A DNA stretch of 32,000 nt, from positions 1,260,001 through 1,292,000 of the forward strand of contig NC_010085.1 in the NCBI RefSeq assembly GCF_000018465.1. The letters are read 5' to 3'. The position numbers and the translations under genes are program-made. A model generated the notes under the pieces. That model ran no database searches and had not been told where the DNA came from. It was given only the letters and a program-made list of their open reading frames with translations. How positions within the stretch are numbered: position 1 is the stretch's first letter; each line of letters opens with the position of its first letter. This stretch comes from Nitrosopumilus maritimus SCM1. Its GTDB lineage: Archaea > Thermoproteota > Nitrososphaeria > Nitrososphaerales > Nitrosopumilaceae. Positions 21,980 to 31,716 of the stretch are shown piece after piece.

Positions 21980-24148
21980 ATGACTAGTTTGAATATAATG
22001 AATAAATCCTCGATGAGAGGAATTTTCCTTTCAATTGTACTATTATTTTCAATAACATTAGTTTCAATTCCAGATAACGTGTATGGTCAAGAGATTAATG
22101 CTAACAGTATAGGATTGGAAGAAACCGTGATTATAGAATTTACAAATGAATTAGATAAAGAAATCAATACTTTTAGAATTTGGCTTGGTTCAGGTTTTAA
22201 TTTTGAATCTTTTAAAACCGAAAAAGGATGGTTAGGTGAAAAAACACCACAAGGGGTTATAATTTTTACAACTTCTGAACCTATCAAAAAAGGAGAAACA
22301 GTGAAGTTCGGAATAAAAACGGATACCAAAAATCCAGGAATTAATTGGAAAGCAATTGACACAAAAAGTGAACAACAAGGTATGGGCAAAGTGCTACCAG
22401 AAGAATTACCTAAAGTTGTAGAAAATACTGAGATTAAACCAGTAGAAAACATTGAGGATAAACCAGTAGAAACAGGAATTCTTTCTGATTCAGTTTTTAG
22501 AATAATTCCAGAAAAGCCCAACATAGGGTCATCAATCAGAGTAACTGGAGATAATTTTGGTTCTTCAGAAGAATTTGACTTTTACATAGATAATTCAAAA
22601 ATCGGTAGTTTTGTAACAGATGAGAATGGTCACTTTATGACAACAATGCAGATTCCAGAAAATCAAAATGCAGACAGAGTGGATTTTAAAGTCAAAGATA
22701 GTGAAGGAGGAGAGAAAAAGTATAGTGTGAGAATAGAAGAGATAGACAACAGGATTGCAGAAGAAAATGTTAAACTCACAATCAAAGGAATACCAAATGT
22801 AATTCATAGAGGAGACTTTTTGGAGATTTCAGGTACAGGAGATCCTAATAGTGCAGTTACTGCAGAAATAACTAGTCCAGATGGAGAGATTATTAATGCA
22901 AGAACAGCGGAAATTGATGCCAAAGGAAATTGGGAATTAGCAGAACCAATAGTTGTTGCATTAGACACACCATTTGGCAAATACAGTGCAACAATTACTG
23001 ACGGACGAGAAAGTATACTAAAATCATGGACTGTTGAGTCTGACAAAATAATAATCGTGGCGCCAAACAAATTGAAGTTTGAACCAGGAGAAGTAATGAT
23101 ATTTAATGGAACTGCTTTGCCTAACAAACCAATTGAATTTATTTTGGAAGATCCACAAGGTAAAGAATTATTTTCAGACATTATTCAAATAGATGAATCA
23201 GGGCATGTGGAATTCGAATACGCTACAGTGCAATCATCACCTAAAGGAACATACACATTGATTGCAACACAAGAGAAAGACACAGAATTCATATTTGCAG
23301 GACTCGGTCAATTACCTACAACTCCAGTGAATTTAGAATTTGATGAACTCAATTACAATGCAGGAGATACAGCAATAATTTCAATTACAGGAAAATCTTC
23401 AGAAATTGCTAGTCTGTTAATCATAGACCCATCGGATAAGCCAAAAGGAGATACAGTGTCCATTCAATTAGCACCAGATGGTACTGCAGTATATGAACTG
23501 GACTTGACAGGATTTGCATCAGGAGTGTATTCTGCAGTAGTTAGTAAAGGAACCGCACAAAGTACAGAAATTTTCACAGTAGGATTACAAACAGGTTCAG
23601 GAGAAATCAAAATCAACACTACAAAATTAGATTATTCCCCAGGTGATTCCATTCTAATTCTAGGAGATACAGGAGAAAATGTTTTGTTAACAATATCTTT
23701 GGCAGATCCTGATGGAAACATAGTAAAAGAAAAGGATACTTTTTCAGATAAAAATGGAAAGATTTCTGAAAGTACATTTAGAATTCCATCAGATGGAAAA
23801 GGTGGTATGTGGTCAATTAATGCAAAAAGTGGTTCAAACTTCCACACAATAGAGATCGATGTTATCGCCACAGTTACGGAAGGAGTTCAGATAAGTGTCG
23901 AGGAAGGAATTAATGTTCCGGGTGTTGGTGATTCAATGCAAATCAAGATAGTCGGCGTTAGTCAAACTGTACAAATTGAAATAATTGCAGCAGATGGAAC
24001 AGTCATAGATTCATTAGAATTTGTTGCATCATCTGGAGGAGAAATAAACCAACCATGGATAATTCCTAAAGACACTGCACCAGGAACATATACAATCAAA
24101 GTGGAAGATGCATTTACTTCGGCAGAAGATACTTTTGAGATAAGTTAA
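21980..24148 (+). CDS. large secreted protein with about 6 tandem Ig-like/beta-sandwich repeats (cell-surface protein)
   Basis: Signal peptide MRGIFLSIVLLFSITLVSIPDNVYGQE, then a KPVE-type linker. Modules of about 95 aa each end in G-x-Y/W-[ST]-[AIL]: FGKYSATI, KGTYTLIA, SGVYSAVV, GGMWSINA, PGTYTIKV. There is no C-terminal TM segment. Confidence 0.7.
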   Translation: MTSLNIMNKSSMRGIFLSIVLLFSITLVSIPDNVYGQEINANSIGLEETVIIEFTNELDKEINTFRIWLGSGFNFESFKTEKGWLGEKTPQGVIIFTTSEPIKKGETVKFGIKTDTKNPGINWKAIDTKSEQQGMGKVLPEELPKVVENTEIKPVENIEDKPVETGILSDSVFRIIPEKPNIGSSIRVTGDNFGSSEEFDFYIDNSKIGSFVTDENGHFMTTMQIPENQNADRVDFKVKDSEGGEKKYSVRIEEIDNRIAEENVKLTIKGIPNVIHRGDFLEISGTGDPNSAVTAEITSPDGEIINARTAEIDAKGNWELAEPIVVALDTPFGKYSATITDGRESILKSWTVESDKIIIVAPNKLKFEPGEVMIFNGTALPNKPIEFILEDPQGKELFSDIIQIDESGHVEFEYATVQSSPKGTYTLIATQEKDTEFIFAGLGQLPTTPVNLEFDELNYNAGDTAIISITGKSSEIASLLIIDPSDKPKGDTVSIQLAPDGTAVYELDLTGFASGVYSAVVSKGTAQSTEIFTVGLQTGSGEIKINTTKLDYSPGDSILILGDTGENVLLTISLADPDGNIVKEKDTFSDKNGKISESTFRIPSDGKGGMWSINAKSGSNFHTIEIDVIATVTEGVQISVEEGINVPGVGDSMQIKIVGVSQTVQIEIIAADGTVIDSLEFVASSGGEINQPWIIPKDTAPGTYTIKVEDAFTSAEDTFEIS

Positions 24149-24187
24149 TCTCAAACAATTTTATTTCACCTAAATTTAGCAGCCAGT

Positions 24188-24700
24188 ATGAATCTAAGAG
24201 ACAAAATTGCAGAATATCCAAATTTTCCAAAAAAAGGGATTTTATTTAGAGACTTTAGTCCAATCCTAAAAGATCCATCAGCAATGGAATCAATTGCAGA
24301 TGAATTTTCAAAGTATTTTCATCCAAAAAATATCGACATATTTGCAGGAATAGAATCAAGAGGATTCATTTTAGCATGTATTCTAGCCACAAGATACAAC
24401 AAGGGAATGATGATGATTAGAAAAGCAGGAAAACTGCCTGGAAAGACTACAAAAATTTCATACACAATTGAATATGGTAAAGACACAATAGAAATTCAAA
24501 AAGATATCATTGAAGAAGGGCAAAGAGTGCTCATTTGTGATGATTTGTTAGCTACCGGTGGAACTGCCAAGGCAGCTGCAAAACTAATTGAAAAAGTTGG
24601 AGGAAAAATTGTAGGTTTTGCATTCATCATAGAACTAACCGATCTCAATGGAATGAAAGGTATTAGCAAATACGATTGTAAATCACTGGTGAAATATTAA
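24188..24700 (+). CDS. apt: adenine phosphoribosyltransferase
   Basis: Contains [18 protein letters not shown] and the PRPP-binding motif [14 protein letters not shown]. Confidence 0.9.
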   Translation: MNLRDKIAEYPNFPKKGILFRDFSPILKDPSAMESIADEFSKYFHPKNIDIFAGIESRGFILACILATRYNKGMMMIRKAGKLPGKTTKISYTIEYGKDTIEIQKDIIEEGQRVLICDDLLATGGTAKAAAKLIEKVGGKIVGFAFIIELTDLNGMKGISKYDCKSLVKY

Positions 24701-25491
24701 TGGAAAAAGACGTAGAGATTGGAATTTTTGGAGGTACTGGAATTTATGATTCAGGATTACTTGAAGATGCAAAGGAAGTAGATATTGACACACCTTATGG
24801 AAAGCCATCAGACACAATAACTGTTGGAACCTTCAAAGGAAGAAAAATTGCATTTCTTCCAAGACATGGAAAAAAACACACCATTCCACCACATATGATT
24901 AATTTTAAAGCAAATATTTGGGCATTCAAAGAACTTGGAGTTACACGAATAATTGCACCATCAGCAGTTGGTAGTCTGAAAGAAGAATTAGCACCAGGAC
25001 ATTTTGTATTACCAACACAGTTTCTAGATTTTACAAAGTCAAGAGATGGTTCATTTTCAGAAGACGGTAGAGTAATTCACATTTCAGTAGCAGATCCATT
25101 CTGTCCAGAATTACAATCATCAATTACTGAAGTGACAGATAGTTTGGATATGAACATTCACAAAGATTGCACATATGTCTGCATTGAAGGTCCCAGATTT
25201 TCTACAAAAGCTGAATCTAAATTCTATAGAACAACTGGTGCAGACATTATTGGAATGACTCTAGTTCCAGAATGTCAGCTAGCAAGAGAAGCACAAATTT
25301 GTTATGCATCAATATCCACAGTAACTGATTATGATGTATGGGCAGAAAAACCAGTAACTGCAAAAGAAGTGTTAGAGACACTTTCAAAAAACGTTGAAGG
25401 AACAAAGAAAATCTTAACAGAATTAATTGAGAAAATTCCTAAAGACAGAAGTTGTTCTTGTGCTAAAGCATTAGAAGAAGCAGAATTCTAA
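24700..25491 (+). CDS. mtnP: S-methyl-5'-thioadenosine phosphorylase (MTAP)
   Basis: Contains [41 protein letters not shown] and [13 protein letters not shown] stop/start overlap with apt. Confidence 0.9.
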   Translation: MEKDVEIGIFGGTGIYDSGLLEDAKEVDIDTPYGKPSDTITVGTFKGRKIAFLPRHGKKHTIPPHMINFKANIWAFKELGVTRIIAPSAVGSLKEELAPGHFVLPTQFLDFTKSRDGSFSEDGRVIHISVADPFCPELQSSITEVTDSLDMNIHKDCTYVCIEGPRFSTKAESKFYRTTGADIIGMTLVPECQLAREAQICYASISTVTDYDVWAEKPVTAKEVLETLSKNVEGTKKILTELIEKIPKDRSCSCAKALEEAEF

Positions 25492-25772
25492 TCATCAACA
25501 AATGACTCTTTTTTGAGTCCTTCAGGCAAAGACATGTCTCCTTGAAGCAGATTTCTTTGCAATTCCATTATTACTTCATCAACATCATAACCTAGTTTTT
25601 CTAATTCCTTTTCAGTGACTTTCGAAAGTTTTGCTCCAACATTTTGTCCACCAATCCTTCCAAACGCTATTGCAGTAAAATGAAATTCATGTTCATCAAC
25701 ATTAAATTTACCATTAATTTTTGCAGCCATCTGACTGCCATGAATATCATTAATGTGAACTTTGATTTCCAT
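25488..25772 (-). CDS. hypothetical protein (94 aa)
   Basis: Third gene of a tight minus-strand trio, 8 nt after the preceding stop. ATG start. I recognise no motif. Its stop codon overlaps the mtnP stop on the opposite strand. Confidence 0.5.
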   Translation of the reverse strand: MEIKVHINDIHGSQMAAKINGKFNVDEHEFHFTAIAFGRIGGQNVGAKLSKVTEKELEKLGYDVDEVIMELQRNLLQGDMSLPEGLKKESFVDD

Positions 25773-25780
25773 TTTAAAAA

Positions 25781-26179
25781 TTAAATTTCTACTGCTTTGT
25801 TGACATTATCATCAATCAAAAAGCTCCAGTGTTTGTCATCTTCAACTTGGTAATCTTTTACTGTTAGAGGAACAATCTTCTCATCAAGACATTCGTGCTT
25901 GATTTCACCATTTTCTTTTAATTTTACTAGTTTCCACTTGTATTTTCCCTGTTGTAATTTACAAACTGTTACTGCCCATTTTGCGTCAGGATCAATTTTT
26001 GGCATCCCTACAAGATCAGCCAATTCTTCAATACCAAGTTGCTTTTCCTCACAGAATCTCTTCTTACACACACCACATCGCCATACATCAACTGAACCAA
26101 TTGTTCTCTCATCAATGTTGATGTTTACTACACCAAAGTAAACTGGTTGGTGTTTACAGGTTTCAGTATCAATAGTCAA
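25781..26179 (-). CDS. hypothetical protein with N-terminal zinc-ribbon-like motif (132 aa)
   Basis: CKH...WRCGVCKKRFC near the N-terminus. TTG start, with the first in-frame ATG only at codon 59. It lies 21 nt downstream of the HTH gene. Confidence 0.5.
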   Translation of the reverse strand: MTIDTETCKHQPVYFGVVNINIDERTIGSVDVWRCGVCKKRFCEEKQLGIEELADLVGMPKIDPDAKWAVTVCKLQQGKYKWKLVKLKENGEIKHECLDEKIVPLTVKDYQVEDDKHWSFLIDDNVNKAVEI

Positions 26180-26200
26180 TGGTCTTCAAAAATCGTAGTA

Positions 26201-26551
26201 TTATTTAGTTCTTGCATCATCATATGGTTTTTCAAGAATCACACCTATACTGTCAACAATTTTGTTTCGTTTAAATTCAATATTTTCTCGCTCACACATT
26301 CGTCTATACATGTTAACAACAGTAAATCTAGGATGCATTGCCTCAAATTCGGTTTCAGAGATATCAATGAATGCACCTAAATTCATTAGATCCTTTGCTG
26401 CAGTATGTGCATCATCTAAAGAGATCTTTAGTTTTTCAGAAATTGTTTGAGGAGTCATTTTTCCATAGCAGGTAACAAGCAAATACACTTTGGTTTGAAT
26501 GGGATTTAGATGAATTTCAGAGATCAGATCATTTTCAATCTTTGAATCCAT
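26201..26551 (-). CDS. TrmB-like winged-helix transcriptional regulator (116 aa)
   Basis: HLNPIQTKVYLLVTCYGKMTPQTISEKLKISLDDAHTAAKDLMNLGAF fits the TrmB N-terminal wHTH pattern (..E.kvY..L...g..ta.eia......). Confidence 0.6.
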   Translation of the reverse strand: MDSKIENDLISEIHLNPIQTKVYLLVTCYGKMTPQTISEKLKISLDDAHTAAKDLMNLGAFIDISETEFEAMHPRFTVVNMYRRMCERENIEFKRNKIVDSIGVILEKPYDDARTK

Positions 26552-26592
26552 AATTTTTCAACTATTCCATTACAATAAAACATGATCCCATA

Positions 26593-26814
26593 TCATTTTT
26601 TGACTAGGAGTCTTTTTGATATCTTCAAAGAAAATCCCATTGCAACAAAATGAGCTATTGCACCTGAAATTGCTCCAATCATAACATCATCAAGGAAAAA
26701 CCAAACCAGAACAAATACAATAAGAGACGGAACAGTAGTGATTAATGCAATTATACTTCCTCTAAGAAAAATTTCTTTTTTTGTTAATTTTGCAGGTTTT
26801 TTATCTTCAGACAA
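26593..26814 (-). CDS. small membrane protein (73 aa, two predicted TM helices)
   Basis: Hydrophobic stretches GSIIALITTVPSLIVFVLVWFFL and IGAISGAIAHFVAMGFSL. TTG start. Divergent from the Hsp20-like gene. Confidence 0.45.
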   Translation of the reverse strand: MSEDKKPAKLTKKEIFLRGSIIALITTVPSLIVFVLVWFFLDDVMIGAISGAIAHFVAMGFSLKISKRLLVKK

Positions 26815-26832
26815 TAGCTCAAATTTTAAAAA

Positions 26833-27345
26833 ATGGTAATAAAAACCAAAGATACTTTATATTTGGTCAACCTAAATTGTTACTGTTTGTCAAGTTACAA
26901 GGGAGCATATTCAAATGAACAATCTCTGAATTTTGTAATTCCTATTATTGTGATATTATTTTTAGGGGTAATTTACATAATGACTCAGAGGGCAGATTCA
27001 GGCTTTGTTAGTTTCTTCTTGATTGGTGCTGCAGCACTTACAATGTTTTACTGGGTGAGAGTCTTGAAAAAGATGACAAAAGACCAGAAACCACTCTACA
27101 CACAATCAAGAGAACAAGAACAAAAGAACTGGGTTTATGACTTGATCAAAGGGGATGGAGAGTTTGTTTTTGTAGCAGAAGTCCCAGGGCCTGAAGATAA
27201 AGTCGCAGTAAGATTAGTAGATGGAATGTTATACATTAGAGGAACTGGAGGATTTTCAAAAGAAGTGCCAATTGAGGGTGCAAACGATATGCAAATATTT
27301 GATTTCAAATATCGTAATGGCGTATTAACACTTAGAATAAAATAA
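26833..27345 (+). CDS. Hsp20/alpha-crystallin-domain protein with N-terminal transmembrane segments
   Basis: C-terminal ACD-like region: FVFVAEVPGPEDKVAVRLVDGMLYIRGT...FKYRNGVLTLRIK. It is preceded by FVIPIIVILFLGVIYI and GFVSFFLIGAAALTMFYWV. The true start is probably internal (GTG 26950 or ATG 26980), because a TATA-like ctttatatt sits at about 26854-26862. Confidence 0.6.
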   Translation: MVIKTKDTLYLVNLNCYCLSSYKGAYSNEQSLNFVIPIIVILFLGVIYIMTQRADSGFVSFFLIGAAALTMFYWVRVLKKMTKDQKPLYTQSREQEQKNWVYDLIKGDGEFVFVAEVPGPEDKVAVRLVDGMLYIRGTGGFSKEVPIEGANDMQIFDFKYRNGVLTLRIK

Positions 27346-28458
27346 TTACAGACTTTTTGCTAATTCTAATTTCTGAGGCAAGTATTTGTCAGTAATGTTG
27401 GTAAGACCATATTTTGCAAATGCCTCCAGTTCTGCTTTTCTCTTTAATCTCAAGAATACTTCAAGTTCTTTTTTCCAAATTCCTGATTCATATCGCGGAT
27501 CCTTTTGCAAATCATAACATCTCTTAATATCAGATTCAGTCATCGGAATAGTTGGTAGTTTGTATTTTTCAATATCAGTTGCCCAAACTCCAACCCATTT
27601 TGCATCAGGTACTGTCAATTCTCTAAGATGTGCAGCATTTGCAGAACCAGATTTGATTACCATAGCAATATGTTCTCCATACACATCCCCATCAGTCAAG
27701 ATGATGACAGGCAGTCCCATTTCATCATGAAGGCGTTTTAGTAAAGTACGTGTAGAACGTGGTGCTTGTCCTCCAGTGTTAATAATGATTGATTTGAATT
27801 TTTTATCAACTTGTTCTTCAACAAATCTTGTAAAGAGACCACCTTTCTCAATTGCAATTACAATTTCTGCACTAGTATCAACTAGTTCAGCAGTAGTTAG
27901 ACTAGGTCCAATAGAATAACCATCAGGATGGTTTGATAGATTCATCTTTTTACCCTCATATCCAGGAATTGTGTATTCAATATTCAAATCACCAAAGATA
28001 GAGCTTCGCTCTTCAGGGAAGATGTGGAAATCTTCTCTTGGTCTTGAGGTTACAGCCTCTAAATCCACAATGATGTTATCTGATTCAGATTGGTCATCAA
28101 ACTCTATTGCAAATGCTTGGGATGAATAATACACATCTCTTAATGTAGAGGATTTTTTCTCTTGAGTGAGGCGATTTGCAAAAAATGCAAGCCACATTAG
28201 TTGAGTAAATGAGCGAAGTTGGGCAGAATTCTTTGCGCTTCTAAGAGCAGTAGAATTTCCTAGAATATACTGTCTTAGTTTTTTGTCATAAACGATATTA
28301 CTAACAGATCTACTTGGAATGGAGAATTTTGGGAATTGTCCATTTTCTAAATCTTCATAGATTTTTGCACCGTGGTTTTTTAGAGATTCAAGAATTGTTT
28401 TTTGTTTCTCTTTTGCTTTTTTGCTGATCTCTTTTGCTTTTTTCTCACTTGCTTTCAA
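27346..28458 (-). CDS. top6A: DNA topoisomerase VI subunit A (Spo11 homologue)
   Basis: Catalytic-Tyr region STLRDVYYSS and TOPRIM motifs (IAIEKGG, ILTDGDVYGEHI). TTG start overlapping the top6B end by 14 nt. Confidence 0.9.
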   Translation of the reverse strand: MKASEKKAKEISKKAKEKQKTILESLKNHGAKIYEDLENGQFPKFSIPSRSVSNIVYDKKLRQYILGNSTALRSAKNSAQLRSFTQLMWLAFFANRLTQEKKSSTLRDVYYSSQAFAIEFDDQSESDNIIVDLEAVTSRPREDFHIFPEERSSIFGDLNIEYTIPGYEGKKMNLSNHPDGYSIGPSLTTAELVDTSAEIVIAIEKGGLFTRFVEEQVDKKFKSIIINTGGQAPRSTRTLLKRLHDEMGLPVIILTDGDVYGEHIAMVIKSGSANAAHLRELTVPDAKWVGVWATDIEKYKLPTIPMTESDIKRCYDLQKDPRYESGIWKKELEVFLRLKRKAELEAFAKYGLTNITDKYLPQKLELAKSL

Positions 28459-30325
28459 TTGGTTTTTCCTCCTCTATTGTCTTTTCAGTTTTAATTTCAA
28501 CAGGTTCTAGTTCCTCTAAAATTTTCTTGTAATTAGGTTCTTTTTTCTTTCCGGCAAGTTCAGTACAAAATTCTGCGATCATTGGAATGTATTTTGCATA
28601 AAGATTTGCTCTCTTTTTTGCCATTTCTGCTTGGCCTCTCTTTGACATGAATGCAGCTAGTTTTCTTGATAAGAATTGTAATCCTAGTCGGAGTTCGCGT
28701 TCGATCTCTTGTCTGTCTGCAACATTTTCTTTTCCTGCAGTCTTGTAAGGGATTCTAGTTGAGCAAATATGAGAGACTATGATAAATGGTGGATCACCTT
28801 TTACTTTGTATCGTCCCCAGTCAGTATCATTTACAACTTTTAGAACTACATCACTGCCTTCATCATAAAGTAGTGGAATTCTGTTTGCATATCGGTATAC
28901 ATGAGGTCCACCTGATTTGATGTCACCACCATATGCAATACCCATCTCAACAATAAATGGGAATCCAGAATATGCCGAAGCTGGGCGTTGAACAACAGCA
29001 ACAAAATCAGGATTAAAGAATTTCTTGATTCCTTTTTCTAGTGGTGATTCGCCTAATGGTGCAAGGCAACTAGAGTCTGGAGCCATGAAATCATCGAATT
29101 TCTGTAAAGCGTCACTAAGGTTCACTAGTTCTTGATTGGTCAGAGTACCCATGCGTTTTTCAGGCTTGAATTTTGCAAACTCGGCGAATTTTACTGCAGT
29201 AGTAGGACCTACACGTTGGAATCTTTTGGTAAGAAATGTAGTAAGGGGTTCACCTTGAACAGTGTTAGTAAGTTGTTTGTAATACTGACTTTCAGGATCC
29301 ATATCAACTGTTTTTGATTGAGAATCTCCAAAGTCCCAATAATGTAATTTTTTGTTTGGAACATCTAAATCTTCAATTCTAATCTTGCTTAATTTTTCAA
29401 AATCCATTTTCAGAAATGACAACAAGGCTATCACTACACGAACTTGACGTGAAAGATTTTTCCATTTCTTTTTTGCTTTGGTCATAATTGCAGTAAAGCT
29501 TAGATTTTGTTTTGACAATCCTAAATCTTTTCTTACCTTTTCAATCATTACATCATCAATTGTCGGAATTTCAAATTGAGATTCAACAATCATTCTTCTG
29601 ATTCTTTCAACATCAATTCCATGTGGGTGTGGTCTGATAATTGTTGGTGGAGGAGGAATCTCTTTTACAAATCTAGTGTGTTGGAATTTTTGTCCTTTAG
29701 GATCATCAAAAGTAATTGTTGCATAAGGAGTAATTAATGATGTTTCATAGACATAATCTCTAATTTTGTTTCCTGCTTTAGAGTAATCACCTTCTAAACA
29801 AATACTAACAGAAAGTCCTTTCTTGGAAGCTTCTTTTGTATTGTGTTTTACAATTACAGGTTTGTTTTTTTGAATGTCCAATAATATTTCAAACTGGTTT
29901 TGAGTTTGTCCATCAGCACAACTTTTTACAATTACGGGTTTGTTTGTTGTAATCTGACCATACAAAATTGCCATTGTTGCACCAAGTCCAAACATACCTC
30001 TTGCTTGTTTTAATCCAAATTTGGAACCATAAAGGACAGTTCCAAATGCTAGTGGAATGTGTTTTGCGTCAACTCCAGGTCCATTATCCTTTACAGTCAA
30101 GATGTAGGGTTTTGGGTCTGGTTTGTCGGGCTCAACAGCCTTAATTGTTAAGTGTACATCAGGTAGTATTCCTTTTTGATCACAGGCATCAAGAGCATTT
30201 TCAACAAATTCCCTGACAGCAGTGTATAGTGAACGGGTAGGATTACTGAACCCAGCCAAATCACGATTACTATAGAAAAACTCACTAGGAGAAATCTGAT
30301 TAAATTTTTCTTTAATAGAAGACAT
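28445..30325 (-). CDS. top6B: DNA topoisomerase VI subunit B (GHKL ATPase)
   Basis: Bergerat-fold motifs EFVENALDA, VKDNGPGVD and GMFGLGATM, followed by a transducer domain. Confidence 0.95.
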   Translation of the reverse strand: MSSIKEKFNQISPSEFFYSNRDLAGFSNPTRSLYTAVREFVENALDACDQKGILPDVHLTIKAVEPDKPDPKPYILTVKDNGPGVDAKHIPLAFGTVLYGSKFGLKQARGMFGLGATMAILYGQITTNKPVIVKSCADGQTQNQFEILLDIQKNKPVIVKHNTKEASKKGLSVSICLEGDYSKAGNKIRDYVYETSLITPYATITFDDPKGQKFQHTRFVKEIPPPPTIIRPHPHGIDVERIRRMIVESQFEIPTIDDVMIEKVRKDLGLSKQNLSFTAIMTKAKKKWKNLSRQVRVVIALLSFLKMDFEKLSKIRIEDLDVPNKKLHYWDFGDSQSKTVDMDPESQYYKQLTNTVQGEPLTTFLTKRFQRVGPTTAVKFAEFAKFKPEKRMGTLTNQELVNLSDALQKFDDFMAPDSSCLAPLGESPLEKGIKKFFNPDFVAVVQRPASAYSGFPFIVEMGIAYGGDIKSGGPHVYRYANRIPLLYDEGSDVVLKVVNDTDWGRYKVKGDPPFIIVSHICSTRIPYKTAGKENVADRQEIERELRLGLQFLSRKLAAFMSKRGQAEMAKKRANLYAKYIPMIAEFCTELAGKKKEPNYKKILEELEPVEIKTEKTIEEEKPIESK

Positions 30326-30884
30326 CTTGATCTTCCCACAACTTCATTTTTTCTTGTTTTTCTTTTCTATTTGCAGCTTCTAATTTATCATAAACTGCAC
30401 CATGCATACTTCCACTGGAAATAGAAGAGATTGCATCAACTGCTAATCGTAATTTACTTGCATCACCAATAATTGAAACTGTTTTTCCATAAACTGAGAT
30501 ATGAGTACTGCTAAGATTTTCCATATTTCTTCTTGCTCTACCACCTTCTCCAATAATTCTCCCTTTTATCCTTTCAACATTTGCATTAGATTTTCCAGCA
30601 AACTCTCGAAGATCTATAACATGCAATGTGTTCTCTCCCTTTAACAAGGTCATAGCGTTTTCAGGAGAAAAACCTCTACCAATTGCTGTAACAATTTCCA
30701 TCGCTTTGAATGGTTGGATCTTTTCAACATCACCATCAGACTTTATGAGAACTTCTCCAGTCTCACCATCTATATCTAAAGACACATGACATGATTTTTC
30801 AATTTTAGATTTAATGTTTCCAGATTTCCCAATGAGTACTGCTATCCTGTCATTTGGAATTCGTAGTAATTTCTCAAAACTCAT
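30312..30884 (-). CDS. KH-domain RNA-binding protein (archaeal Dim2/Pno1-like, two KH domains)
   Basis: Two GxxG KH loops are present (IGKSGNIK and IGEGGRARRN). Its position downstream of the Rio1 kinase is conserved. Confidence 0.75.
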   Translation of the reverse strand: MSFEKLLRIPNDRIAVLIGKSGNIKSKIEKSCHVSLDIDGETGEVLIKSDGDVEKIQPFKAMEIVTAIGRGFSPENAMTLLKGENTLHVIDLREFAGKSNANVERIKGRIIGEGGRARRNMENLSSTHISVYGKTVSIIGDASKLRLAVDAISSISSGSMHGAVYDKLEAANRKEKQEKMKLWEDQDVFY

Positions 30885-31660
30885 TTTACAATATCCTCAA
30901 ATAATTTATCTGTGTCCTCAACAGAAACTCCTCGTTTTTTGAAGAACCTTGTAATGTTATTAATGTCTCTCTTAAGAAATTCTTGAGTATTTGGGTGTCT
31001 CAAATCAACTGCAGATCCCAAATCAAAAACCACCAATCCGTTTTGTGTCTTGAAGATATTATATTCTGAAAAATCTCCATGTACTAACTTTGCCTTTTGA
31101 TACATATCTAAAATAATTTGGATAGACTGTTTGTAGTCATCCTCATCTACTTGTGAATCAAGTAACGATTTTCCAGGAGCTCCATTTTCACCCACAAATT
31201 CCATTGCCAATACATTATTTGTCACATGAAGGGGTTTTGGAACAGGGATTCCAGCCTCAAAACACTGAGTTAAGTTTCGATATTCCTTTTTTGCCCAGAG
31301 ATACACAAGGTTTTTGGTTCCTTTTTTGACGTTTGAGAATCTAGGGTCACCAAGTATGTATGGTTCACGTTTTTTAAAATTCGAAGTACTAACAAGATAA
31401 ATTTTCAATGCAACATCTGAATCATTTTCATCAACTCCCCAAAACAAAACTGATTCTTTTCCAGCACTTACTGCACCATTGACATATGCAATGATATGAT
31501 CTGTGATCATTTTGTATAACGTCATGACAGTTGGCTTATCTAAGACTTCGTTTACTACTTTGCCTTTTTTAAAACCATCATCCAAAGTTTTTCGTTTAGC
31601 TTTTGAAATTAATTTTTTATCTATCTTCGATTCAAGTTTTTTGCTAAGAATATCAGTCAT
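30881..31660 (-). CDS. rio1: RIO-type serine protein kinase, Rio1
   Basis: Contains SAGKES (P-loop-like), LVHGDFSEYNI (catalytic loop) and VVFDLGSAV (metal-binding loop). At 259 aa it lacks the Rio2 wHTH. Confidence 0.85.
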   Translation of the reverse strand: MTDILSKKLESKIDKKLISKAKRKTLDDGFKKGKVVNEVLDKPTVMTLYKMITDHIIAYVNGAVSAGKESVLFWGVDENDSDVALKIYLVSTSNFKKREPYILGDPRFSNVKKGTKNLVYLWAKKEYRNLTQCFEAGIPVPKPLHVTNNVLAMEFVGENGAPGKSLLDSQVDEDDYKQSIQIILDMYQKAKLVHGDFSEYNIFKTQNGLVVFDLGSAVDLRHPNTQEFLKRDINNITRFFKKRGVSVEDTDKLFEDIVK

Positions 31661-31716
31661 TACTCAATAACACCTCCACTAGATAAAATGAATTTCTTTT
31701 TTGTATGGAAATCATT

